55,308 nt of DNA from Candidatus Poseidoniales archaeon. GTDB taxonomy: Archaea; Thermoplasmatota; Poseidoniia; MGIII; CG-Epi1. The stretch spans positions 1 to 55,308 of the forward strand of contig JBJLBX010000033.1 in assembly GCA_045567955.1 (NCBI GenBank), read 5' to 3'. The first letter of the stretch is position 1. Each line of letters starts with the position of its first letter. Below the pieces are notes generated by a model that searched no databases, was not told where the DNA came from, and saw only the letters and a program-made list of their open reading frames with translations. This document shows, one piece after another, positions 20,669-30,078 of this stretch. The position numbers and the translations under genes are program-made.

Positions 20669-21598
20669 CTAATGGCCATTATCTTCTAACCATTTCTCGA
20701 CATCTATAGCTGCCATACAACCCATACCTGCTGCAGTTATAGCTTGCCTATAACGCGTGTCCACTACATCTCCACCTGCAAATACACCAGGTACGCTCGT
20801 CATTGTATTTTCTTTCCAAAGAATATAGCCACTTTCATCTGTTTCAAGTTGATTATCTAAAAAAGAAGTCATTGGTTTATGCCCAATTGCAACAAATGCA
20901 CCATCACACGCCAACTTTTCTTCAACTCCAGTTTTTGTGTTCACCAAAAGAGCACCCTCAAAATTACCTTCTGAACCCAACCATTCTTTTATGCTAAAAT
21001 TAAGTTTCCAAGCTATTTTTGGGTTTTCTTTAGCCCTATCTGCCATTATTTGAGATGCGCGTAATCCTTCTCTTCTATGTACTATAGTTACTTTATTACA
21101 AAATCGTGTTAAGAATATTGCTTCTTCCATAGCTGAGTCTCCTCCCCCAATAACAATTACTTCTTTATCCCTAAAAAATGCACCATCGCAAGTTGCGCAT
21201 GTAGATATCCCACGGCCTTTATGTATTTCCTCATTTACAGCATTTAACCATATTGCTTCAGCGCCTGTCGTAATGATTATAGATTTTGTTAGATGTACTT
21301 CTTTTCCAACATTTATTTTAAAAGGTCTTTCTGAAAAATCTACTGAATCTACATTTTTATCTATTATCTCACAACCAAATCGAGATGCTTGTGATCTTAG
21401 TTCAAGCATCATCTCAGGGCCACCTATTCCCTTAGGATATCCTGGAAAATTCTCAATATCGCTTGTCAACATCAATTGACCTCCGCTTGCAAAACCTGCA
21501 AATAAGGTAGGATTGAGCATTGCGCGTCCTGCATACAAACCAGCTGTGTACCCTGCGGGGCCTGAACCGATTATAATCAAATCTTTAACTTCAGTCAT
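20669..21598 (-). CDS. trxB: thioredoxin-disulfide reductase
   Basis: GSGPAG, CATCDG active site, GGGDSAMEEA, YRQAITAAG. Confidence 0.97.
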   Translation of the reverse strand: MTEVKDLIIIGSGPAGYTAGLYAGRAMLNPTLFAGFASGGQLMLTSDIENFPGYPKGIGGPEMMLELRSQASRFGCEIIDKNVDSVDFSERPFKINVGKEVHLTKSIIITTGAEAIWLNAVNEEIHKGRGISTCATCDGAFFRDKEVIVIGGGDSAMEEAIFLTRFCNKVTIVHRREGLRASQIMADRAKENPKIAWKLNFSIKEWLGSEGNFEGALLVNTKTGVEEKLACDGAFVAIGHKPMTSFLDNQLETDESGYILWKENTMTSVPGVFAGGDVVDTRYRQAITAAGMGCMAAIDVEKWLEDNGH

Positions 21599-21639
21599 TA
21601 CCCTTCAATTAGGAAGGCTTCTAAATTATTGTGTCTAGA

Positions 21640-22380
21640 TTAACCATTCCATCTAGATGATATAATGAAACCTGTATGTCCAATTCCCTTATTATCTGGT
21701 CTTAAAGCACTTGAACGTGACTGCCAACCTCTTTGGATTATCTCTATTATCTCTATTTCTTTCCAACCATCTAATGAATCTACTAATGCTTTAATCTGAT
21801 TCACTGTTGGGAGATAACATATCAGAAATCCTCCAATATGAAGCGATTTCTTGGTCCACTCTATTAGTTCCCAAGGATTAGGGAGATCTAATATAATTGA
21901 AGAAGCGGAAATAGGAGGTGTGTTATTATTTAATTCTTTATTACGAAGATCTACTAAACTTTTCCAAGGACTCATTTGTATATTTTTCTGAGCTACTTTA
22001 AGATGCCTATTATTATTTTCAAAAGTAATTACATTGCCATTTGGAGCTACTGTTTGAGCGAGTGCAAGCGTTAAAGCTGCAGAACCGCTGCCTGCCTCTA
22101 CTACTGTTTTACCGGTCGAAAGTCCTGATTTATAGACAATCCAAGCAATATCTTTAGGAGATATTATTTGAGGCCCTCGTTTAAGATTTGATTGAAGATC
22201 TGATAAAACATAATCCACAAGTATACATTTTTCATCTAATAGTTCAAACTCTTTACCAAATCCATGATTTAGTAAAGCTTTACTTGGAAAACGTCCAAAT
22301 CCTTTTACTTCTAAAACTTCTAAATCTAAATCAACTAAATGAGCCGAACTGCCAATTATTAGAAGTTTCAAATTGCTCAT
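21640..22380 (-). CDS. trmI: tRNA (adenine-N1)-methyltransferase (TrmI/Gcd14)
   Basis: RGPQIISPKD, EAGSGSAALT, LDLPNPW, YLPTVNQ, IGHTGF. Confidence 0.92.
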   Translation of the reverse strand: MSNLKLLIIGSSAHLVDLDLEVLEVKGFGRFPSKALLNHGFGKEFELLDEKCILVDYVLSDLQSNLKRGPQIISPKDIAWIVYKSGLSTGKTVVEAGSGSAALTLALAQTVAPNGNVITFENNNRHLKVAQKNIQMSPWKSLVDLRNKELNNNTPPISASSIILDLPNPWELIEWTKKSLHIGGFLICYLPTVNQIKALVDSLDGWKEIEIIEIIQRGWQSRSSALRPDNKGIGHTGFIISSRWNG

Positions 22381-22397
22381 TTGAGCAAGCTATGAAA

Positions 22398-22850
22398 TTA
22401 GCCTACCAAAAGCTTAGCGTTGCTTAATGAATATTTCCAGTCTACTGGTATAACATTATTTGAACGATAATACTTTGCTAAACGAAGAATTTTAGCTTCA
22501 GTAAGGCGTAATGCTCTAGTATTATGAATGTCTTTTTTGTTAATTTTTAAATGCTCACCCAAACGAACTGCTTTACGCATAAGATTAGTTAAATCTTCAG
22601 GCAATGATGGAGACAACTCCTTATCTGCTAAAACTTTTGAAATTGATTTTCCCATGGCTAATTTTACACTTGGGACTGCATGAGAATCTCTTAGTGCAAT
22701 ACCAATTTGTGAAGTAGAATGTCCTTCGGATGCCAATTCAACTATTTTCTTTTCAACATCTTTAGATTTAGGCGCCCATTTAGGGTTATCTTGTCTAGTT
22801 TGTGGACTAGAGCCGGAGCTTCCCTTACGTCGTGCATGAATTCTTGCCAT
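22398..22850 (-). CDS. rps15: 30S ribosomal protein uS15 (archaeal S15/S13e)
   Basis: MARIHARRKGSSGS, IGIALRDSH, LPEDL, LAKYY. Confidence 0.97.
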   Translation of the reverse strand: MARIHARRKGSSGSSPQTRQDNPKWAPKSKDVEKKIVELASEGHSTSQIGIALRDSHAVPSVKLAMGKSISKVLADKELSPSLPEDLTNLMRKAVRLGEHLKINKKDIHNTRALRLTEAKILRLAKYYRSNNVIPVDWKYSLSNAKLLVG

Positions 22851-22915
22851 TATTGTTTATCTCCTATGGAGGTTATGGCGCCAGTCAGCCCGGTATAAAA
22901 ACATTAGCGCATTTA

Positions 22916-24511
22916 TTAATAATCTAAAGTCCAATACAATGCTAATTCACTATTAGAATAAATTCTATAAGTAAAATTAGGCATATATTCATAGTAGGGA
23001 CTAGATATTATAGAAACTGTAGACGAACTACCAACCGAATAAGGCATTCCTAGATTAACGGCTGACAATGATATGTTATTTTGAATGCTAGAAGAAAATA
23101 CTGAACTATTATTCCAAGTCCATAAATGGTCTTCACTTTTCCAATACATTTCATTGACCGATATGCGTTCAATTTCCATGTCTTTCAAAGAAATGAGTCC
23201 TGAAGACAACTCTCCTGCATCATCCATAGACAACATATTAGAATATGCAGCTAGTCTTCGTTCTCTTTTTTGATCATTAGATTCCAAGATAGAGCTCTCT
23301 AAATTATCGCCCATCCATTGAGATGCTGAAATGCTACTTTCACGAACATGATATGAATAATATACTTCTTCACGCTCATGTGCATTAACTCGATAATCTA
23401 AATCATAATATGAAAATGAAGTAACAAGAATTGTAAATACAGAAAATAAAACACCTAAACGATTTGGATGATCTTCTAAATTATCTATAAAGAAATCCAT
23501 ACCGGGCACAACTAATAACAAAATACCAAATGTTACTAAATAAGGAATGTAAATAATATCAGATATAACAAAAAAAGATAATCCCAAATAGGCCATTGAA
23601 AAGAAATATCCTTGGGAAACGCGGCCTTCTTGGAACCAAAATATAATTCCGAGGATAGATATAAAAAGAAACGGACCTACATTTATCATATAATATACTA
23701 TTAAATTAAGTATTGCTGAAAATATCCCATTACCGCTAAAAAAATAAATACCAATAAGTTCATCATCAGGACTATAAGGTGAAAAATCTAAATATTGAAG
23801 ATAGAAGAAATATATTGACAAAAATAATAAAAAACCCAAAACTTGTCTTCCTGCCCTTTCTCGATTTGTAGCGCCTTCTTGCCAATAATAGCCTAAAACA
23901 GACATCAGAAAAGCAAGTAAAATTCCTGGAAATAATAAAGCCATTCTATGCAACGAAGGTAAAATAAGGCCTAATAATAGTAGCAAGAAGAAAATACGAC
24001 CTGGGTATCGACCATATTTTGAATGAGATAATCTAAGAAGCAACCAAATAAAAAAGGGCAATAAAGCAATAAAACTAAATCTAAGAGAAATTTGCCATAA
24101 TGAAAATGTCAAAAATCTTGGAGCAAAGGAAAAACATAGTGTTGCAAACCACCTACTACGGAAATTCGACGTCAATTCGCCTGTTAACATAAAAAAACCA
24201 AAAACTGAAATTAATGATAAGAAAATACTATGGATCAAAATATATTCAAAAATTGAAAACCCAGTAAGTAAAGTAATTACAGATGCCAATATTGTTGTAC
24301 CTAAAGGAGTAGTTCCTGGAAATAAACCATAAAATGAAGTTAGATTTTCAGCCCACGTTATTTGTCCATTGAATAATACCGTCTTTGTCATTGATATATA
24401 ATAAAAATTATCAGTACCTACTGGAGTTGGAGTTATAGGATATCTAAGTAATATTGTGAGAAATCCAAGTAAAAATAGGCCACTTTTACTGCTTAACGTT
24501 GGACTTTTCAT
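22916..24511 (-). CDS. polytopic membrane protein, possible GT-C-fold glycosyltransferase
   Basis: About 12 TM helices, acidic GTDNFYY in the first loop, C-terminal soluble domain. Confidence 0.55.
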   Translation of the reverse strand: MKSPTLSSKSGLFLLGFLTILLRYPITPTPVGTDNFYYISMTKTVLFNGQITWAENLTSFYGLFPGTTPLGTTILASVITLLTGFSIFEYILIHSIFLSLISVFGFFMLTGELTSNFRSRWFATLCFSFAPRFLTFSLWQISLRFSFIALLPFFIWLLLRLSHSKYGRYPGRIFFLLLLLGLILPSLHRMALLFPGILLAFLMSVLGYYWQEGATNRERAGRQVLGFLLFLSIYFFYLQYLDFSPYSPDDELIGIYFFSGNGIFSAILNLIVYYMINVGPFLFISILGIIFWFQEGRVSQGYFFSMAYLGLSFFVISDIIYIPYLVTFGILLLVVPGMDFFIDNLEDHPNRLGVLFSVFTILVTSFSYYDLDYRVNAHEREEVYYSYHVRESSISASQWMGDNLESSILESNDQKRERRLAAYSNMLSMDDAGELSSGLISLKDMEIERISVNEMYWKSEDHLWTWNNSSVFSSSIQNNISLSAVNLGMPYSVGSSSTVSIISSPYYEYMPNFTYRIYSNSELALYWTLDY

Positions 24512-24578
24512 ATTGCATCAAATGGAGTAATGTATTAAGCAGATATGTTTGATAAAAAAAGAGTAGTATTATCGCATA

Positions 24579-24588
24579 TTTTTATATA
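24579..24588 (+). promoter_or_regulatory. putative TATA box of the Rieske/cytochrome b operon
   Basis: TTTTTATATA about 43 nt before ATG 24631. Confidence 0.45.
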
Positions 24589-24630
24589 GTGGAGACTTCC
24601 ATCACAAACCATCTATTCTAAAGGCGTAAT

Positions 24631-25326
24631 ATGAACATACGTAGCAACATGAATCACAGTCTGTTTGCATTGCTGATTCTAACAGCATTGATAGCTGGTA
24701 AAAGTGTTGATGGATATCCAGCAGGAGGTGCGCAAGAAGGTGCTGGTGAAGAGTGGGCTGCTGACGTGGTTGCACATGGATGCTCATGTCATGCCGACAC
24801 TCAATTGAATGAAGGGATGTACGGGCTAGAAGGGATTCCGCAAAAATATGTTCCTGAGCAAACGTATAATATTTCTCTACAAATAAATGATACTAATGTA
24901 ATTTCAGAAGAAGGTGTTCTTAGATATGGTGGTTTTCTAAGTGAAGTAAGTGAAGGAGCTTACCAAAACAGTGAAAATTATTGGGTTGGTGCTGATGGAG
25001 CATATATTTCTCATAATGCAAATAGCAATGATGTACGAAATTGGACATTTCAATGGACTGCTCCTGCTGAAGGGACTGGTGATGCTGTCTTCACTATGTA
25101 TTTTAATGTAGTCGATGGAGTTGGAGCTACTGGTGATCAATGGTCTTATTTTACAGCCATATCTTTAGGAACTCCTCAATTAGCCTCAGAAGAAATTTCA
25201 ATTCATGAACTTGGAGTAGAACTAATGCAGTATTGGATTGGACTTATAGGAATCGGTGTAGTTTTCTTAGCAATACTTGTTGCTTATCTAGTAATTAGAG
25301 GAGGGAGTTCACATTACCGAGGTTAA
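24631..25326 (+). CDS. secreted, membrane-anchored Reeler-like domain protein with CxCH motif
   Basis: Signal peptide, HGCSCH, GIPQKYVPEQTYNI, WTFQWTAP, C-terminal TM helix. Confidence 0.7.
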   Translation: MNIRSNMNHSLFALLILTALIAGKSVDGYPAGGAQEGAGEEWAADVVAHGCSCHADTQLNEGMYGLEGIPQKYVPEQTYNISLQINDTNVISEEGVLRYGGFLSEVSEGAYQNSENYWVGADGAYISHNANSNDVRNWTFQWTAPAEGTGDAVFTMYFNVVDGVGATGDQWSYFTAISLGTPQLASEEISIHELGVELMQYWIGLIGIGVVFLAILVAYLVIRGGSSHYRG

Positions 25327-25678
25327 CGAAATTCTAGAAAAAGTAGCAAAAGGTGAACTTACTACGGAAGATGCGCAAAAAATATTAGGCACTTACAAAG
25401 ATGAAGAACTTGGAAAAGAATTACGAAATATTCCAGGTAAAGAACAACTTGAAATTTTTGCAATAATAATCATATTACTGCTACTTGAGCTTATGTATGA
25501 TTCTTTGTTTATCTATGGAATCATAGAAGGATGGGATCAGCAATTCTTATCATTTACACTCGCCATGGCATTCTTAATTTTAGGACTTATGATTGACTTT
25601 TACAGGAGATCATTCATGCCGGACGTACTAGAGGCTAAAAAACGAAGGAGGAAAGTTATTACAAAACTTGAACGCTAA
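25313..25678 (+). CDS. 121-aa membrane protein, probable ATT start (ORF track reports only the last 61 aa)
   Basis: Open frame from ATT 25313 (TEVNEILEKVAKGELTTEDAQKIL...) with SD GGAGGGAG 5 nt upstream; in-frame TAA at 25292 and no ATG/GTG/TTG before 25493. Confidence 0.7.
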   Translation: MTEVNEILEKVAKGELTTEDAQKILGTYKDEELGKELRNIPGKEQLEIFAIIIILLLLELMYDSLFIYGIIEGWDQQFLSFTLAMAFLILGLMIDFYRRSFMPDVLEAKKRRRKVITKLER

Positions 25679-25680
25679 AT

Positions 25681-26355
25681 ATGAATATTACACGTAGAGG
25701 ATTTTTACAAGGAGCTATTGGTTTAGCTGGTGCAGGGATGGCTGGTGCATTGTCAGTTCCTGCTTTGAAAACACTGTTGCCACCTCCGATTACAAGATGT
25801 AATTCTGATGATGCTCATGAAACTCTTACTTACAAAAAAGAAGAAGGAAAATGGTATGAAGATAAAGGCGGAGATATTGCGAAAAAAGAGGATTTTAATC
25901 TCTGGGACGTAGCTATTGTTAATTGGGCTCCAAAAGAATTAGAAGAAGAACTGGGAAGTTGTGAAATACAACTAGCACTCGCAAAGGTACCCTCTGAGAG
26001 TGGTATGGAAGGATTGGGAATAAGTGTAGATAATGGAAATGCAATGATGATGGCATACCACACTTACAAATGCCCTCATTTATGTTGTAAACCTGTTTTT
26101 ACAGCTCAGGGAAAAAGTACTATCTCTGGAAATGATTATGAAAATATGTTCCTATGTCCTTGCCACTTGTCTTTGTTTGATCCATTGGATGTGATTAAGA
26201 ATGTTGATGAGCAAGGACGCGAAGTTATGGCTGCGAAACTCTTAGAAGGTCCAGCTCCTTACGGACTTCCAGTAGTTCCTATTGATGAAAAAAATGGAGG
26301 ATTAATCGGCCTAACCACTCATTTAGATTGGCTAAAATATTGCGGGCAAGGATAA
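25681..26355 (+). CDS. Rieske [2Fe-2S] subunit of a cytochrome bc-type complex
   Basis: Tat signal TRRGFL; Rieske boxes CPHLCC and CPCHLS; GPAPYGLP. Confidence 0.9.
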   Translation: MNITRRGFLQGAIGLAGAGMAGALSVPALKTLLPPPITRCNSDDAHETLTYKKEEGKWYEDKGGDIAKKEDFNLWDVAIVNWAPKELEEELGSCEIQLALAKVPSESGMEGLGISVDNGNAMMMAYHTYKCPHLCCKPVFTAQGKSTISGNDYENMFLCPCHLSLFDPLDVIKNVDEQGREVMAAKLLEGPAPYGLPVVPIDEKNGGLIGLTTHLDWLKYCGQG

Positions 26356-26357
26356 AT

Positions 26358-27305
26358 ATGAAAATCAATAAGATTATTACTCTGGTAATTGGATGTTTGG
26401 CTCTTTTTGCATTGCCAGTTAGTGCTGAAACTCCGATATTAGAAGAATTAATGAGAAAATATACATTCCCATTAATATTCTTGTCAATGGCTGGAGCTGT
26501 TTTTGGTATTGGTTATCTTTATTTTACTGGTTTACTTCATAAAGTAATATTTGAGACATGGGCATGGATTGATGAACGATTTGCATTACATAAATATATT
26601 TCTTTAGCAAAAAGAGAATACTACTCAGTAGTATACACTCTTTTACCGGCTACTGGACGGACTATCCCTCAATCACATACTGAAAGATATAATGTAAAAT
26701 CTGTATGGTATTGGTATCCTTTTTATTCTTTAGGAGGCTTATCTTTTTTCGCATACATTATTCTTACAATTACTGGGATTTATCTAGGGTTTTATTATGT
26801 ACCTGATGGAGAATTCATATTAGATGAAAACGGACACTCGACTTCTGGTGCATACAAATCTATGGAATTAATTATGACGCAGGTAACATTTGGATATATT
26901 ATTCGAGCAGTGCATCATTGGTCAGCTCACTTCATGGTAGCTTCTGTATTTCTTCATATGATGAGAGTTTACTTTGTTGGAGCTTATCGAAATCCACGTG
27001 AAATAAATTGGATGCTCGGAGCTATTCTTTTAATGGTTACTATTTTCTTTGGATATACAGGTTATCTACTACCTTGGGATTCTCTTGGTTATGCAGCGGG
27101 ATCTATTGGTTTAGAAATGGCTACATCTATACCTGCAATGGGACCTCTAATGGCTCAAATTGTTTTTGGTGGGACCCAATTAACAGGAGATACTGTAACT
27201 AGAATGTATTGGCTACATATTTTTGTTCTTCCTCTAGTCGGTACAGTTTTGATTATTATTCATATGGCACTTGTTTGGATACAAGGGGAGGCTGAGCCGC
27301 ACTGA
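26358..27305 (+). CDS. petB: cytochrome b6-type (short) cytochrome b with N-terminal extension
   Basis: RAVHHWSAHFMVASVFLHMMRV, YRNPREINW, GYTGYLLPWD, LHIFVLP...IHM (14 residues between the His ligands of helix D). Confidence 0.92.
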   Translation: MKINKIITLVIGCLALFALPVSAETPILEELMRKYTFPLIFLSMAGAVFGIGYLYFTGLLHKVIFETWAWIDERFALHKYISLAKREYYSVVYTLLPATGRTIPQSHTERYNVKSVWYWYPFYSLGGLSFFAYIILTITGIYLGFYYVPDGEFILDENGHSTSGAYKSMELIMTQVTFGYIIRAVHHWSAHFMVASVFLHMMRVYFVGAYRNPREINWMLGAILLMVTIFFGYTGYLLPWDSLGYAAGSIGLEMATSIPAMGPLMAQIVFGGTQLTGDTVTRMYWLHIFVLPLVGTVLIIIHMALVWIQGEAEPH

Positions 27306-28360
27306 TGAGTGAAGATGATGCCATTGAAATGATTTATGAACATCAAGAAGAAAAAATATCTCTTGATACAATTAAAAAATTAGAAGATAGAGAGGAGCAT
27401 TCTGTTCTTGAAGCTGAAATGGTAAAAGGTGAACCTCTTTATCCACATGAAGTGACCAGAGATTCTGTTTTAAGTTTGTATATAATGGCCTTATTTTTCT
27501 ATTTAGCTGCGTTTATTCCACCTCCATTACATGAAGCTGCAGATCCAACTGCAGGTACTGCTTTTCCACCTCCTTTACCAGATTGGTACCTATTATGGGC
27601 TTTTGGATGTTTGAAAGTAGCATGGGATATTCAGATTTTAATTCCTCTATCAAGTATACCTTTCTTAGGATTAGATGATATTCACCTTTTCCTAATGACT
27701 GCCAAAGTGTGGGGCACTTTAGTTCAAGGTATGATTATTGGACTTGTAGTTGCCGTTCCTTTCCTTGATAGAGCTATAGGGGCGTTAATTGATCCTCAAT
27801 ATGGAGACGTAATCAACCGAGGACACGAAAGACGACCTATTGAAGATCCTGTGAGAGCTGCAATTGGAGTTTATGGAATTGCAATGGTCATAATGCTATC
27901 TGTTTTCTCAGTTAATGCTAATATTGCAATATATTATCCGCAAGTTAATACTGACGTATTGTCTCAACTAACTCTTTGGGGACCTATTGGTTCAGCTCTA
28001 ATAACCTATATGTTCTTAGATAGGAGACGGTCTGAAGGTGCTAAACCATTAACTGATGAGGAACGATTTGATCTTTATGTAGATGGAATAAAAGATCGAA
28101 GAATGCAACGTATTTATGAATTTAAATTAAATCGTTGTTATCAATGTGGACTTTGTGATGACATCTGTCCAGTAAGAGATATGGAAGGTGAACACGAACT
28201 AAATATTATATTTAATACATTTCAAAATGAGCATGATGGGGTGGCTATGTGGTCATGTATTACTTGTGGCATGTGCACTGCTGTATGCCCGCAAAACATC
28301 GAATATGTTGATTATGTATTAGAACAAAGAGCATTAACTACAATGGGAGTAAGCTTATGA
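27305..28360 (+). CDS. cytochrome b6 subunit IV fused to an HdrC-like 2x[4Fe-4S] domain
   Basis: ADP...PDWYLLW Qo motif, VPFLDR, RRP; C-terminal CYQCGLCDDICP and CITCGMCTAVCP. Confidence 0.85.
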   Translation: MSEDDAIEMIYEHQEEKISLDTIKKLEDREEHSVLEAEMVKGEPLYPHEVTRDSVLSLYIMALFFYLAAFIPPPLHEAADPTAGTAFPPPLPDWYLLWAFGCLKVAWDIQILIPLSSIPFLGLDDIHLFLMTAKVWGTLVQGMIIGLVVAVPFLDRAIGALIDPQYGDVINRGHERRPIEDPVRAAIGVYGIAMVIMLSVFSVNANIAIYYPQVNTDVLSQLTLWGPIGSALITYMFLDRRRSEGAKPLTDEERFDLYVDGIKDRRMQRIYEFKLNRCYQCGLCDDICPVRDMEGEHELNIIFNTFQNEHDGVAMWSCITCGMCTAVCPQNIEYVDYVLEQRALTTMGVSL

Positions 28361-29244
28361 GTCGAAAAGAACCATATTCAAGAACTATTCCGCACCCTCT
28401 TTTTGAGAGACTTATCGTAGAAGACGCGATGAATAAAGAAAATGATTCTTGGAAGCCTGAACGACCTCACGAATATGGGTATTTTCCTGGATGTGTAGAC
28501 TTTATGGATGTTGAAGTTAAATTTACACATCTGAATAAAGGAGATGCAGACCATGCTTCAATTGCTGCCGCATCGATTAAATTATTGAACTATGCTGATA
28601 TTGATCCCCTAATACTAGACATGAACATATTCAAATGTTCAGGACATGACCAATTATGGCAAGGACAATTGGAAGTATTTGATGCACTCAAAGAACATAA
28701 TATGAAAAGATTGAAAGAATCTGGCATTAAAATTATAACTTGTTCATGTGCTGAATGTTATCGTACTTTTGCTGTAGATTATGATCTTCCAGGTACATTG
28801 GGTATTAAGGTAGAACATATTACACAAACATTACAAGGCCGGGGATTGAAATTCAAGGCTCCTGAAGGAGTAACTGTAGCATATCACGATCCTTGTCGTC
28901 TAGGTAGAATGATGGGAGAATATGATGCGCCTAGAGATTTAATTCAACTTGTTGACGGAGCTACAATGGTTGAATTAGAGAATAATAAAGAACGGGCTTT
29001 GTGTTGTGGAGTTTCTTCAATGATGTATTGTAATGACGCCACTAAAGCCGTTCGTCGAAAAAGATTAGACCAAGGTACTGATGCAGGTATTGATTTGATG
29101 TTAGGAGGGTGTCCTAAATGTTACATGCATATGCAATGTATGCTAAATGAAGAACGAATGAACCCTGAAGAAGGACATCATCATGACTATGAAATGATGG
29201 ATTTAATGCAATTCTTAGTTGCTTGTTTGGAGGAAAAGAATTAG
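28357..29244 (+). CDS. CCG-domain Fe-S protein (HdrB/HdrD/GlpC-like)
   Basis: YFPGC...CSG...CAEC and YHDPC...CCG...CPKC: two cysteine-rich CCG domains. Confidence 0.88.
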   Translation: MSRKEPYSRTIPHPLFERLIVEDAMNKENDSWKPERPHEYGYFPGCVDFMDVEVKFTHLNKGDADHASIAAASIKLLNYADIDPLILDMNIFKCSGHDQLWQGQLEVFDALKEHNMKRLKESGIKIITCSCAECYRTFAVDYDLPGTLGIKVEHITQTLQGRGLKFKAPEGVTVAYHDPCRLGRMMGEYDAPRDLIQLVDGATMVELENNKERALCCGVSSMMYCNDATKAVRRKRLDQGTDAGIDLMLGGCPKCYMHMQCMLNEERMNPEEGHHHDYEMMDLMQFLVACLEEKN

Positions 29245-30065
29245 TGGCTGAAATCGACAAAAATTTCATGACTACATATGCAAAAGTTGCAACCCATGAT
29301 GGAGATGATGAGCCAATTCAAATTTGGGCTAAAGATTCCGATTCATATGGTGGAGTTGGAACTGATAAACTAGGAATATGGGGAAGTGTTGTCGCTGTCG
29401 ATTTTGATATTTGTGTAGCTGATGGGGCTTGCGTTGATGCTTGCCCAGTAGATGTTTTTGATTGGATTGATACACCTAATCATCCTGCTTCTGACAAGAA
29501 AGCAGTCGGAGCTCGAGAACCAGATTGCATTGTTTGTAGAGCTTGTGAAGAAGTATGTCCTGTAGACGCGATCCTGATAACCGATCCTGCAGACATCGGA
29601 TCTACTGATTCTACTACTGAAACTGAAGAGAAAGAAGAAAAACCTGCTGAAGCTGTTGTTGAAACTCAAACTCCAGTTGTTTCAGAAACTACTTCTTTAT
29701 TCTTCAAGAAACCAAACAAATGGCTAACTGCTGCTAAAAACGTACTAGATAAAGAAGAATTACCAACAACTGGTATTGAAAAAGCCAAATCTATGTTTAA
29801 GGATTTAAGAAAAATGACTTTAGATTCATTACCGAGAGGGAAAAATTATATTGCATTAGTAGATAATGAAAAATGTATAGGTTGTACTCAATGCGTTTAT
29901 TTCTGTAATTTTGCTTCAATAGATATGATTTCATGGGATTTAAAAGCCCGAACTTCTCAATTCGAATCTAAAAAAGCACTTATTCTTGACGATACTTGTA
30001 CTGGTTGTACACTCTGTGCCTTTGCCTGCCCAGTTGAGGCAATTACTATGGAAGCTAGAGTCTAG
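29244..30065 (+). CDS. two-domain polyferredoxin (7Fe Zn-ferredoxin-like domain plus 2x[4Fe-4S] domain)
   Basis: CVADGAC..ACP and CIVCRAC..VCP; acidic linker; CIGCTQC..FC and CTGCTLC..ACP; GTG 29244 preceded by GGAGG. Confidence 0.88.
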   Translation: MAEIDKNFMTTYAKVATHDGDDEPIQIWAKDSDSYGGVGTDKLGIWGSVVAVDFDICVADGACVDACPVDVFDWIDTPNHPASDKKAVGAREPDCIVCRACEEVCPVDAILITDPADIGSTDSTTETEEKEEKPAEAVVETQTPVVSETTSLFFKKPNKWLTAAKNVLDKEELPTTGIEKAKSMFKDLRKMTLDSLPRGKNYIALVDNEKCIGCTQCVYFCNFASIDMISWDLKARTSQFESKKALILDDTCTGCTLCAFACPVEAITMEARV

Positions 30066-30078
30066 TCTTAATGATTAG

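Noticed and set aside
28357-29244. Evidence for methanogenesis from Hdr-like genes
   Set aside because: CCG domains are widespread, there are no mcr/mtr/hdrA genes in the window, and O2-dependent enzymes are present.
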